From Phoronis australis (lineage: Eukaryota; Animalia; Phoronida): a DNA stretch of 64,000 nt. A program made the position numbers and the translations under genes. The first letter of the stretch is position 1. Each line of letters starts with the position of its first letter. Positions 39,663 to 51,840 of this stretch are shown one piece after another. The notes beneath the pieces were generated by a model. That model searched no databases. It saw nothing but the letters and a program-made list of their open reading frames with translations, and was not told where the DNA came from. The stretch spans positions 153,728 through 217,727 of the forward strand of contig NMRA01000665.1 in assembly GCA_002633005.1 (NCBI GenBank). The letters are read 5' to 3'.

Positions 39663-40542
39663 TGTCAGAATAAATTAGTAAGAATAGATCCATTTTAAGT
39701 TGCCCAAAATTTGTGCATATGTACTTTTAAATCATAGGGTAAGACTTGTTGTCATGTATTTTAACGTCAAAATCTATTTTTAGATGGTGTTTACAACTTT
39801 GGGTTCTTGGGTCAAAGTACTCTAGAGATTCTAGAATATTCTGAGAACAAATAACGAGAACAATAATATGAGTGGACATGATCATGTGGTTTTTATTAGC
39901 CAATCACTAAATAAGTATAGTTATATTATGGGCTGAAATCAACAAGATAATTAGATGCGCTATAGTAGTTGAAGCATAAAGACTTGCTACAGAGTGTAGA
40001 AGAAATTGTACGACAGAGCCATCTCGTGGAAGATTCTAGAAAGGTTCTTGGCCAGGGCAAGGGTTAACGAACAGGAAGTTAACTAAGTACTTGTCATTTG
40101 CATTGTGGGTAGTAAGATACTACCTGAAGTGTTGCGTCATCAGCTAGAGACTTTGACCAGCAAGAAGATTCGCGGGTAGAAGAAATTGCCTGCAAGTGTT
40201 GCATCACCAGAGACGGTGACCAGCAAGTACACTGTCGCTATACAGTGTGTGTAGTTCGAAGATTCACCAACAGGATAGACATCCAACAAGTGCAGAGTCC
40301 TAGCTTGGATAGCAGATAAGACATTTGATTGTTTTGGTTGTTTGATTAAAGTAATCTTTAAACAGGGCGCTAGCGTAGTTTCTCTTTGTAGTTGATTACT
40401 TAATTAACAATAGGTTTCATTTGTCTAATTAGGGGTTATCATATGATAAATTAATTACTGGATTTGATTATTCACTCTCCATCTATGCACAATCTCAAAG
40501 CATAGCTACCTTTTAAACAAACCCACAGTCAATCATCTGACA
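39663..40542 (+). repeat. 3' LTR (880 bp)
   Basis: TG...CA ends, purine-rich tract GAGTAGGGG just upstream, first ~90 bp match 35690-35791. Confidence 0.88.
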
Positions 40543-42295
40543 AGTTGGTTCTTTCGAAACCCTAAAATGACCTGCAATTTGAAAAAAGTTGAGAAAAATT
40601 ACCTATCTGCTGCTTGAATCAAGGGTTTTACAAAAATTGGAGGCTCTTTAAATCAAAGCAAAAACGAGAAAAGATCATTTTAGTCATGATTTCAATCTAA
40701 AACCCTTGTGAGATATTTTACGTTTGTTAGCTCAGGGAACCTCATGACAACGTGTTTATTCATAGCTGTTTGTAGGCTGAATGAGTTTTGCATATCACCT
40801 GACTCACATTTGTGTATGAACGTGTGAGTGTGCTGACTTGTTTTCTACACACTTGCGTGGGCAGTGGTACATTTGGCTTGAGAGAGAAGACAATAAGAGC
40901 TGCAATATTGAGGTGATTTCATTTCCTATTATGGTAATTTTGTATTTGGTATTTTTGTATTTGCATACTTTGTCTAAATTGTGAAGCTTTTGCTAAACTG
41001 TTTTGTTTCTATTTTTGTAGAAACGAAACAGAGAAGTCTTGTAAGAATATAACTGTGAAATGTTTTGCGTATCTTAATAAAACATTATTATAGCCCACTC
41101 CTCTTGACTTGCTGACAATCACAACCCTTAATTTTCTCTTCATCTTTTTTCCCCGATTGAGAGCTTTGCATTCACAAGAACTATTGGAGAGCCAGACGAA
41201 CTTCATTCACACTATCGAGTGCGAGAGGTTTTTGTGCGTGATTCTATTGTGAATCACCCACGGATTAAGGAAAGGGACGTCCCAACTTGCAGAATCATGG
41301 AATTTGGTCTGGGGGTTATAAAATGGGATCCAAATGCATTTAATCAGAATTTTGAGTGCAATATCTGTTTCAATTCTGTTTTTTTTTAATCGTCCCTCAA
41401 GTTAAACAGATATAACCTATAGCAAATAGATTAGGTTATTGTTCAGGACCCTTGCAAATGTACTATAATTTACATGTTCCTCGCGAACAAGATCACGTTT
41501 AATAATTCTATAAAACTTATAATTTATTAAAATACCTATTTCCAATTGCCATTCCTGTAGTCCTTAATCTAGAAACCTCTGCTTAAATACCATTATGATA
41601 ATAAATTTAGAACTAAACCCTGGGCCAGTAGACCACACTTCTCCATAACCTTACCTACGCAAAATTTCTTTGACAAGATAGGCCCAGATTCAATTACCGT
41701 TTTCACCCTGTTACCTATGTATGCTTTAACTGTTCTTTGGGTATATACATGTATGATCTCCCATAGCGAGTAATCTTGTCCAATAGATAACTGATTTACA
41801 CGTACATGTATATTTTGTAATTAACAACTGTCTCCCACATTCACAGCTAGCCGTAGCATTCGGCGTTGAAACAGTCAATCTCATAGCGTATATCCTGAAA
41901 TCATTTTGGTATTTTTCAATAGATTAAACATTTATGTGCCCCATATTTCTGCACCATATTTTAATACGAGCATAATCCTGGAGTCAAAGAGTTTAAAGTG
42001 CACTGTATTGGAAGTACAGTTTCATTTTGACAGACTGGCTTTAAAGTCGTTCATTGCTTTTTGAGCTTGGATCCAAGTACTCCAAAACACTTTGTCCATT
42101 GAAGTTTGCAAGAGAATGTAAATCCTAAATAGTTGCAATGCGATTTGGTATCTATTTTATTGTTACCAAAGAAACACCTTTCAGTTTTTGAAAGTATGTC
42201 CCTCGCTTAAATAAAACAACGGTAGATTTGTTCAAATCAACATGCAAATTAAAACCTAGACAAAACTTTTCGAGTATATTAAGTTTCATCTGTAG

Positions 42296-45200
42296 CCAAG
42301 CAACAGTATTTGAAACCAACATTAAATCATCATAAAAAGCACAATCCTGGGAGACACGTATGACTCCGTCTAAACTTTCTAAAATAACTTATGTGCAAAC
42401 AAACACAGAGAAGAGCCAGGGTATCAAAACACATCCTTGCCTGACACAAAATGCACAGTAAAAATAGGGCAAGGTCCGTGACTATACAACTACTCACGAT
42501 TGTACAGAGTCGTACAAACTGCATAACATAAACGGGAACTATATACACTATCAAATGCTTCATTAATATCAATGAATAGGAAATATACTTTCCCCTTCCA
42601 TATAGTGACGTATTTCTGGATAATACTCTGTAGGTTAGAATGTTATCGATTTTAGAGTACCAGTCCGAAAGCCTGCCTGTTCCTTGGGATACATTTCGTA
42701 TTATTCGATGATTCAAGCACTCGAGATAAAAGAATAGTTGCAAAATTCCATTAATACTATCTGTAAGGGAGATCCATCCATATTCATTTGGATTACCTCT
42801 GTCCCCCTTTTTATGCGCCCACATTTTTATATGTGGACGGATTATGCCGTCATCTCGTCCGGCGTCCGGCGTCCGCTGCTCTATCTCCAAAACCTTTTGA
42901 CGTTCGTTCAAAATGAAATTTTGCACATATGTTCCTATCGTGGATGCGACGGCATGAGCGAATTTTCGACTACCGGTGTGCCCCCTAGTGGCAATTTTAG
43001 TATTTTTCGCTAACCTCTATGTCTTCAAAGCTACTCAGCGTATTTTGATAAAATTCGGCATATAGGCATTTATTAGTGAGATGACGCCATCTTCCTGTTT
43101 TCGGATGGATGCGACGTAGTTTGCGCCACCTAGTGGCCATTTTTGCTGTTTTCGAGTCTCTTTTTTGGCGTCCAACCCTCTATCAACCAAACCGCTCTAA
43201 GGATGATTGTGGAAATTGTCTTTTTTGTTATGAAGAGGAATGCTGACGATGATTATCCGACTGTGGCACCTCGTAGTGACAGTTTTGTCTATTTTTGCGC
43301 CCATGGCTGTATTTCCTAAACCGTTGGCTGGATCTTTACTAAATTCTGCAAGTGCATTTAAATGATGTTGACAATTGGATGACGACGACTTTCGGACGGA
43401 TCTGACTACTGGTGTGTCCTCTAGTGGCAATTTATTTTTTATGTTTACCTTTATATCTTCAAAGGTCCTCAAAGTATTTTCATAAAATTGAAACATAGGA
43501 ACCTAGTAGTGGGATGAAGCTACCCTTCCATTTTCGGATGGGCTTGACGTTGTTTGCGCCAACTAGTGTGCATTTCTACCGTTTTTAGTCTCTTTTTGGC
43601 GTCCATTCTCTATCAAGCAAAGCGCAGTAAGGATGATTGTGATAATTGTCATTTATGTTCTTCCTCGAAGCTGACAATAAATTTCCAATGACTTCGACTA
43701 CTGTGGCACCTTCTACTGGCAGTTTTGTTTTTTTTTGCGCCTATGGCTGTATCTCCTAAAATGGTTTGCAGCATCTTTGCTAAATTTAGCAAGTGTATTT
43801 GTATGATGTTGACAACGGATGAAAACAACTTTCGGACGGATCAGACTATCAGTTTTCCCCGTAGTGGCAATTTTAATTTTGAGGTTTACCTCTGTATCTT
43901 AAAAGGTCATCAACAGATTATTAGAACGTTTGGAATATAGTCATTTATTGGTGAGATGATGCTGTCCTCCCGCTTTTGGATGGAATCGAGATACTTTGCG
44001 AAACCTAGTGGCCATTTTTCCTGTTTTGGAGTCTTTTTGTTTTGGCGTCCACCCCTCGATCAACCAAACCATCCTGAGGATTACTTTGAAAATTGGTGTA
44101 TACATGTATGTCTCAGCGTGAAGAGGACGGTTGACGATAACGAATTCGACTACTGTAGCGCCGCCTAGTGTACTTTTGTTTAGTTTGGCGCCCATAGCTG
44201 CATCTCCTAAACTCGCGGCAGGATCTTTATTAAATTTAGTAGTTGTATTTACATGAAGCTAACAACGGATGACGATNCCAAGCAACATTATTTGAAACCA
44301 ACATTAAATCATCATAAAAACACAATCCTGGGAGACACGTAAGACTCCGCCTAAACTTTCTCAAATAACTTATGTGCAAACAAACACAGAGAAGAGCCAG
44401 GGCATCAAAACACATCCTTGCCTGACACAAACTGCACAGTAAAAATAGGGCAAGGTCCGTGACTATACCACTACATACGATTGTACAGAGTCGTACAAAC
44501 TGCATAAAATAAACGGGAACTATCTACACTATCAAATCCTTCATTAATATCAATGCATAGGAAATATACTTTCCCCTTCCACATAGTGACGTATTTCTGG
44601 ATAATACTCTGTAGGTTAAAATGTTATCGACTTTAGAGTTCCCAGTCCGAAAACCTGCCTGTTCCTTGGGATACATTTCGTATTATTCGGTGTTTCAAGC
44701 ACTCGAGATAAAAGAATAGTTGCAAAATTCCATTAATACTATCTATAAGGGAGATCCATCCATATTTATTTGGATTAGCTCTGTCCCCCTTTTTATGCGC
44801 CCACATTTTTATATGTGGACGCATTATGCCGTCATCTCCGTCCGGCGTCCGGCGTCCGCTGCTCTATCTCCAAAACCTTTTTACATACGTTCAAAATGAA
44901 ATTTTGCACATGTGTTCCTATCGTGGATGCGACGGCATGAGCGAATTTTCGAACGGATCCGACTACCGGTGTGCCCCCTAGTGGCAATTTTAGTTTTTTT
45001 CGCTACCCTCTATGTCTTCAAAGGTACTCAGCGCATTTTGATAAAATTCGGCATATAGGCATTTATTAGTGAGATGACGCTATCTTCCTGTTTTCGGATG
45101 GATGCGACGTAGTTTGCGTCTGTCAACTGGTGGCCATTTTTGCTGTTTTCGAGTCTGTTTTTTGGCGTCCAACCCCTCTATCAACCAAACCGCTCTAAGG

Positions 45201-46284
45201 ATGATTGTGGAAATTGGCATGTATATTTTTTGTTATGAAGAGGAATGCTGACGATGATTGTCCGACAGTTTCGACTACTGTGGCACCTCCTAGTGACAGT
45301 TTTGTCAATTTTTGCGCCCATGGCTGTATCTCCTAAACCGTTGGCTGGATCTTTACTAAATTCTGCAAGTGCATTTATATGATGTTGACAATTGGTTGAC
45401 GACGACTTTCGGACGGATCTGACTACTGGTGTGTCCCCTAGTGGCAATTTAATTTTTATGTTTACCTTTGTATCTTCAAAGGTCATCAAGGTATTTTCAT
45501 AAAATTTGAAACATAGGAACCTATTAGTGGGATGAAGCTACCCTTCCATTTTCGGATGGGCTTGTGGTTGTTTGCGCCAACTAGTGGGCATTTCTACCGT
45601 TTTTAGTCTCTTTTTGGCGTCCATTCTCTATCAAGCAAAGCGCAGTAAGGATGATTGTGATAATTGTCATTTATGTTCTTCCTCGAAGCTGACAATAAAT
45701 TTCCAATGATTTCGACTACTGTGGCACCTTCTACTAGCAGTTTTGTTTTTTTGCGCCTATGGCTGTATCTCTTAAAAAGGTTTGCAGCATCTTTGCTAAA
45801 TTTAGCAAGTGTATTTGTATGATGTTGACAACGGATGAAAACAACTTTCGGACGGATCAGACTATCAGTTTTCCCCGTAGTGGTAATTTTAATTTTGAAG
45901 TTTACCTCTGTATCTTAAAAGGTCCTCAACAGATTATTAGAACGTTTGGAATATAGGCATTTATTGGTGAGACGATGCTGTCCTCCCTCTTTTGGATGGA
46001 ATCGAGATACTTTGCGACACCTAGTGGCCTGTTTTGGAGTCTTTTTGTTTTGGCGTCCACCCCTCGATCAACCAAACCATCCTGAGGATTACTTTGAAAA
46101 TTGGTGTATACATGTATGTCTCAGCGTGAAGAGGACGGTTGACGATAACGAATTCGACTACTGTAGCGCCGCCTAGTGTACTTTTGTTTAGTTTGGCGCC
46201 CATAGCTGCATCTCCTAAACTCGCGGCAGGATCTTTATTAAATTTAGTAGTTGTATTTACATGAAGCTAACAACGGATGACGAT
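42296..46284. repeat. ~2-kb direct duplication joined at a single N (42296-44276 / 44278-46284)
   Basis: Both copies start CCAAGCAACA and end GACGAT; the junction is exactly the N at 44277. Confidence 0.92.
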
Positions 46285-46553
46285 GATTTTCAGGCGGATC
46301 CAACGAAGGCTGTGTCCCATAGGGCCAATTTCATTTTTTTGTTTTCCATTGTTTCTCTGAAGTTCCTCGACATATTTTTATGAAATTAAATAAAGAGCTT
46401 TCTGTTAAAGATGGATGGCATGTTCTCATTCTCAGATGGATTGGACGTTTTTTGCCCTCTGGTGGCTTTTTTATGAAACAAATAAACGACCCTAAAGCAC
46501 CCTGTTTGCGCTTCATTTGTGGGCGCATTTCAACGCTCCGCGTTGCTCTTGTT
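44792..46553 (+). mobile_element. Complete HINE with internal tandem array (partial twin at 42810-44276)
   Basis: 5' TTT-ATGCGCCCAC subTIR, stem CCACAT..ATGTGG, (CGTCCGG)n tract, ~150-bp repeats, 3' subTIR GTGGGCGCAT, hairpin CAACGC-TCC-GCGTTG, end CTTGTT; inserted in a T tract. Confidence 0.82.
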
Positions 46554-48506
46554 ATAAAGTGACAATTGGGCCGGGTAGTGCCCTGTGCTGAAGATTCTAT
46601 TAAAACGTTCGTAAGAATTTCTACAAGGGCCTCAGATACACACTTGTAGAATTGAGCCGGTATAACGTCTTCTCCGGGAGATTTATTATTCTTTTGTTTC
46701 TAATGGCCTTTGCAGATTCTTCGCGCTAATATCGGCATTTACATGTACCTCATCCATGTCAAAGGCAATGGTTACATCACGCTACCCCCGTGTTTGACTA
46801 CAGCACTCACACTGTGCGTCAAGCTGATCAAGATTCTGCCTCACTTGATCCTCAAAATTTCCCCGTGGTTCTGCTCGTCACCTCGTCGTGAAACGTATAT
46901 CAACATACAGAGTTAACGAACGGTAAGGGTGCATGCAAAATCTGGTGGTCAACCAACACTCACCTTGCCCGTTGCAGCCGTTTAAGTGAAAAACAATATC
47001 ATAAACGCCATCTCCTTGCGTAATTCTCCGCCTATTGTAACAAAAATTATTTCGTCGTTTTGAAAACCGTACGGTCATGACGCGAGTACACGCTATTTCC
47101 TAAATTCTTTGCCACTTCTTGCAACAATAAAATTTCTTCCGAAACTCGGTTTGCTGGTGTTAAATACGAAACGAAACCAATTACGAAAGTTTATTGTGAC
47201 ATGTACGCAACCTCGTGGAAAAAGAACAATTGATTGAAGAATAGGCGAGAAAACTGGGCAATAGGTGACGCAAAATTTCATGGCGCCGAAAGCCGGAGCA
47301 AAAGATCGCACCACAATTTTAGAGCAGAATAACGGTAGAACGTTAATTTTCCCAACGCCTGTAAATAACTTAGTTTACTCTAGGAAGAGTGAAGTACTGT
47401 TTTCACTAACACTAATTTTCTGACAGATTTTGTTTGGTCATTTTTACCCACATCGGCCCAAACCTGTATATTTAGTATACAGCTTTGCACCAAGACTACA
47501 TTACCCTCTCTTGTGTTAATCGAAATGAAATTTCATAACAGGAGTAACAAAACTGTTGTTTGGCGTTGAAGTTAAAACTTTATTTCTAATGAAGAAAAAT
47601 TCAACTTAGTGCACACAATTTTATGAGGATGATAATTAAAGAACTACAAATTAGCCATCAATGAAAGATATATAAAATCTTTCAAGTATATCAAAAGTGA
47701 AAAAAAAGTAATTTAAGATATCGAGAGTAATAAATAAAATGATTTCAAATTAAAGCTGGGTGTTGTGGCACCTATACGCTTCCCTACAAGTCACTGTAAT
47801 TTGACAGTAATCGTTTGTGTTGGTCGTCACTTAGTTTCTTCATCAAATGATTCCACTTCTATTGGAAGAGGATCATGACCTTCTTGTCCACACCAAGGCA
47901 TGTCAGATAGAGTATACCAGCCGACTGCAATAGCTACATGTAAACAAGGGCCCGTTTCGTGAAACGTAGTTGAAGATTGAAGGTATAAAATTGATTAAGA
48001 CCGGAGGTCGGACTTAGTAGTTAAAAACGAAGAAGAAAATTCATAAAAGACCGTTTTATGAACACGCATTGTAATGTTTTGGTCTTAACTGGCACTAAAA
48101 CTAAAATCGTTTTTGACAGAGTTAAGTAAACAAATTGTGCTTTTGCCACCTGTTGCGAATTCAAATCACTGAGCGACGCGGTGTGCGGAAAACGGTTTTC
48201 AATGATGAAGAAATATGTATTTTTGAATTTATACTAATGCACATGTATGGGCGCTACTGATGTCGGATTTCAACCCACATGTATTGCAGCTATTCCACGC
48301 AGCATTATTTTGGAAGAGTAGAATATGCCGTTTGACATGAGAGCCATTCTCCTGTCTGGTAGCAACGTGAAAGACCCCGCAGTTGTTTTTTTGCGTCGGA
48401 AGATTAATTTACACATAGGCCGTTGCGCCCATTTCGTAATGTTCAGGCCTGCACTCCGTAGACAAAAGAAATTAGGCAACTAGGACTCTTATTTCTACTG
48501 GATATT

Positions 48507-49924
48507 TGTGGACTTTTGAAAATACTGGTTGTGATTTCTTATGCTGTTTTAGTTTCATTACTAATTGAAATTTTGTCTGCAATACAACTCTAGAGTGATC
48601 TCTACCTTGATATTCATGAACATAGGTAGGGGTCTCTTCAGGCAACACCCTTATTCAAAGACTAGGTCCCTATTGATTTTCATTGAATTAAGGGGTCATG
48701 TTTATCTCAATAGTCAAAGAAGAGCTCATATTTTCGTTAAAATCACTGACAGGATTAGATGTGTGAGGAAAGACTGACACAATTATGCAAAAGATTTAGG
48801 GGCCAAGTCCCTATTTAGGATTCTTTCATGCAATTGGGCACTAGCTTCCGTTTCGTTGGATTGAAAGGGCCAAAAATATGAGATATAACTGAATGAATGT
48901 GGCCATGTGTAGCGTTTTTGATGTACAAGTACTTTCTACTTGTTCTTTTGTAGGTACAAAAATTCGTGATGTGTGCTGTACGGTTTTTGACAGAGTGAAA
49001 TAAAACCAACAAATCCAATGATGTTTGGCCGGCCAATCAAAACCCAGACAAAACTGTACAAGACTGAAGTAATCGTTAGACGTATGTGTAGCAACGTCAA
49101 TGAAGCTAGACTCAACAAAACATTCGTAATTGTCTGTTACCGCCTTTTCCTCAGTTAACTAGCTGCAATAAATCCGAGGAATGGGAAGGAAATCTGATAG
49201 ACAGGAGATTGGTCACAAGTCTATAGAAAAAGCGATGAGGAAGCAACTCGTACGCTAACATTTGGTCTTCACTCTCCCCAACGCTATTATCGCACCTAAG
49301 TCAGACTAGGACTAGCACGTCCTTTTATTTATAAACGTTAATGACGTGGCTCAACCGCCCTGCTGACAAAACACATTCACTTTTTTTCTCGTAATGCACC
49401 GACTTTCGAAAAGTTGAAGAGAGGTTATTTTCAGATTTAAGTAGAGGCTTTTTGGTCATTTGCCGTACATGCTGTTCGTTTCTTCACTCTGAAACTAAAA
49501 CGCTAAACAGGTGCATTGGTGGACTTATCTCATCCATCACTTTCGGCCAAGCACAAAAATAGCGATAAGCTCACTACGGTATGCGAAGGCGACGTGAAGA
49601 CTCACAACCAAAGAAGGAACTTTTTAAAAACCACATTTTCACTGTAGTGTTGACTTTACGCGAGCAAACTCGTCTGTAAAATTATCGTTTCTCAAAGAAC
49701 ACGAAGGGTGCATTTCCGTACGGACACGATGGTGGTCACATGGAAACGGTGATGTCACAATATACCACAACTCATGTTAAAAAGAATACGAAACCATGTT
49801 TTGATGATTGAAACCAAAGTTCCATCGCTCACCGGGTTATGCATCATTTGTGTTAGCCTTGAAAGATAAAACCAGGAATCAAGTAAAAACTCGTATCCCC
49901 TGCTTGGCAAATTGGACATTATGG
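48507..49924. repeat. Segmental duplication block 1, copy B
   Basis: Matches 10443-12154. Confidence 0.9.
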
Positions 49925-50027
49925 CAACAATTTTACAGTTACCAAGATTTTCGACTTATGACCAAAATACGTCACAGCAATACACGCAGCGCCACCTTCT
50001 GGAGGGTGCTCATACAACATTACAAAA

Positions 50028-50161
50028 ATGGATGACTGTAGTAGGTCGTCCGCTGACAAAAAACTTAAAAGAGGCACGATGTGTTCGGCTGCCAATTGCA
50101 GTTTTAGAAACACAGACAAAGGAAAGCGTTCTTTTTTTCGCTTGCCTAAAGATAAGGAGAG
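50028..50161 (+). pseudogene. Orphan first exon of a THAP-domain protein (probably transposase-derived)
   Basis: MDDCSRSSADKKLKRGTMCSAANCSFRNTDKGKRSFFRLPKDKER followed by a GTATGT donor; CxxxxC...FFRxPKD is the N-terminal half of THAP. No second exon found. Confidence 0.75.
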
Positions 50162-50944
50162 GTATGTTTATATTCATTTCACATTTCATACCACCGGTGT
50201 CAAGTAAGTGCTAGTGATCCGTGAACACGGCCTAGGCTGCATAGTACTTAGAAGGTCTCCCTACTTGAAAATAGGCATATTTACTAATACTTGACAATAC
50301 CGAGACCCGCGTCCAGACTGGGATTGTTATGGGAAGTTATTTACAGTAACCCGTTTACCAATATGATAAGGAATTCTTTAAAATTGTAGGAGAAATTACA
50401 TGTTAATATTTTGATGACCTTTCCACTAATTGACCTCTTCCGGTGACTGAAAAATTCTAAACTCAATTAAAAGTGTGGTTGATGCTGAGAATCACAGATA
50501 ATATACTTTAAGCACTTCAAAATACAAGATGAATGAATTAGTCAAACTTTCAGAAGAAAAATGCACCTAATGATCCCATGAGTGCACCAAATGACCTGAA
50601 AATTTAGAATTCAAACTCAATTGCATTTAATAATCAGATATGTAATTTTGAAGTCTCTAGGTCAAAATTTTATTTTTGCACTCAATGACCTTTGACCTAT
50701 TTTTTCTGATTGGTTAGGCGTATTGCGTATTTAAGTAGGTTGTTCAATTGGCATGTTGACTTAACACCAGTGCGCTGAAATTGAAAAGAAATCCTTGAAA
50801 ACCTAAGAGATATAACATTTTGAACGTTAGATGACCTTTGCACTAATTGAACCTATCCGGTGCATTATAAGCGTATTTAGGAGAATTATTGCAAAGCCCA
50901 TGAAAAATTAACACTTTCTGTTGCAGCTAAACATCACACAATTT

Positions 50945-51840
50945 ACTAAATGGGATATGGACGGAATGAGTTTTTGGTGAAGTAGAGCACAGATTAAGTT
51001 CACCTTTCTCTCACACACTTCCAGGAATGCCGTTAACACAGTACTTGCAATAACCTCTTTTAGCACCCTTCATGGGTTAGGGATCAATACCATCGCAGAA
51101 AACGTAATGCGGAAAAACTGCTTTTCTTGTCATCTTAACGAGCGCAGATTTTGGCAATTAAACATCTTCCAACGAAGGGTGGCCCCGCCTTCTAGCTTTG
51201 CACATGATCAGTGATGTAGCAGTCTGGGCCTGGAAAGTTCTCAGCTGCCTGAGTTCTTCTACAGGCATTTGGGGAGCACAAAGTTTTGGTACAACATAAA
51301 AGCATTGACCACCTTCCGGATATGATGCCGTACTTGTACTTTGAGCATCCAACAGATCGACACCACCGACAAACTTATTGTACTAGCTGCACACAAAATG
51401 GCCTTGGAATTTAGACATGGGCCTTAGATCTCTTGTCCCATATTCTAACATTATCAACTGGAATAGCACCAACAAAAGGTGAAATGACAGTTACTGGCTT
51501 GTTGTCATACCAGTGCACAACGCAGACGTTTTTCGCCGACCTCGACTGTTTCTTCAAATGAACCTCTTTAAATTTTTCATTTCCTTTTCACATTTGAAAC
51601 TGCACCCACGGCTCATATACTACATGTAGTAGTGGTTCATCGTAACTGTCAGAGCTCTCATTATCGCCACCAAGTTGCTGGGGAATGAAGTCATCATCAT
51701 CGTCACCGTCACCGTCACCACTTCCACCATCACCATCACCATCATCATCCTCATCACACTAACTACGCCTACCAAATGACTCTCACCTCCATCTAAGAAA
51801 TGTAACAAATCACCCAAATCGAGGGCTTTCCTTGTCGTTT
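50945..51840 (-). pseudogene. piggyBac transposase fossil, duplicate copy
   Basis: Paralog of 19000-19860 with the same WYDNKPV and GGVDLLD motifs. Confidence 0.85.

Larger units (their letters stand above)
35690..40542 (+). mobile_element. Gmr1-like Ty3/gypsy LTR retrotransposon, degenerate
   Basis: TSD AGTTG|TGTCAG...CTGACA|AGTTG; domain order gag-PR-INT-RT-RH; 5' LTR reduced to ~100 bp. Confidence 0.92.
41460..46710 (-). pseudogene. Old non-LTR RT fossil (RTE-X/L2-like), split by a HINE
   Basis: NKSPGEDVIPAQFYK and FNRIFSTGHYP right of the HINE; KKGD..NP..Y..ISL, VRQGCVLIPWLFSVFV and FKLFDS....LKYGAEIWG left of it; many frameshifts. Confidence 0.75.

Noticed and set aside
42296-46284. 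Genuine recent 2-kb tandem duplication
   Set aside because: The breakpoint coincides with a lone N, so an assembly overlap of two haplotypes is more parsimonious.
42738-46562. Many short ORFs in both orientations
   Set aside because: They fall within HINE repeats and the RT fossil and show no coherent domain.
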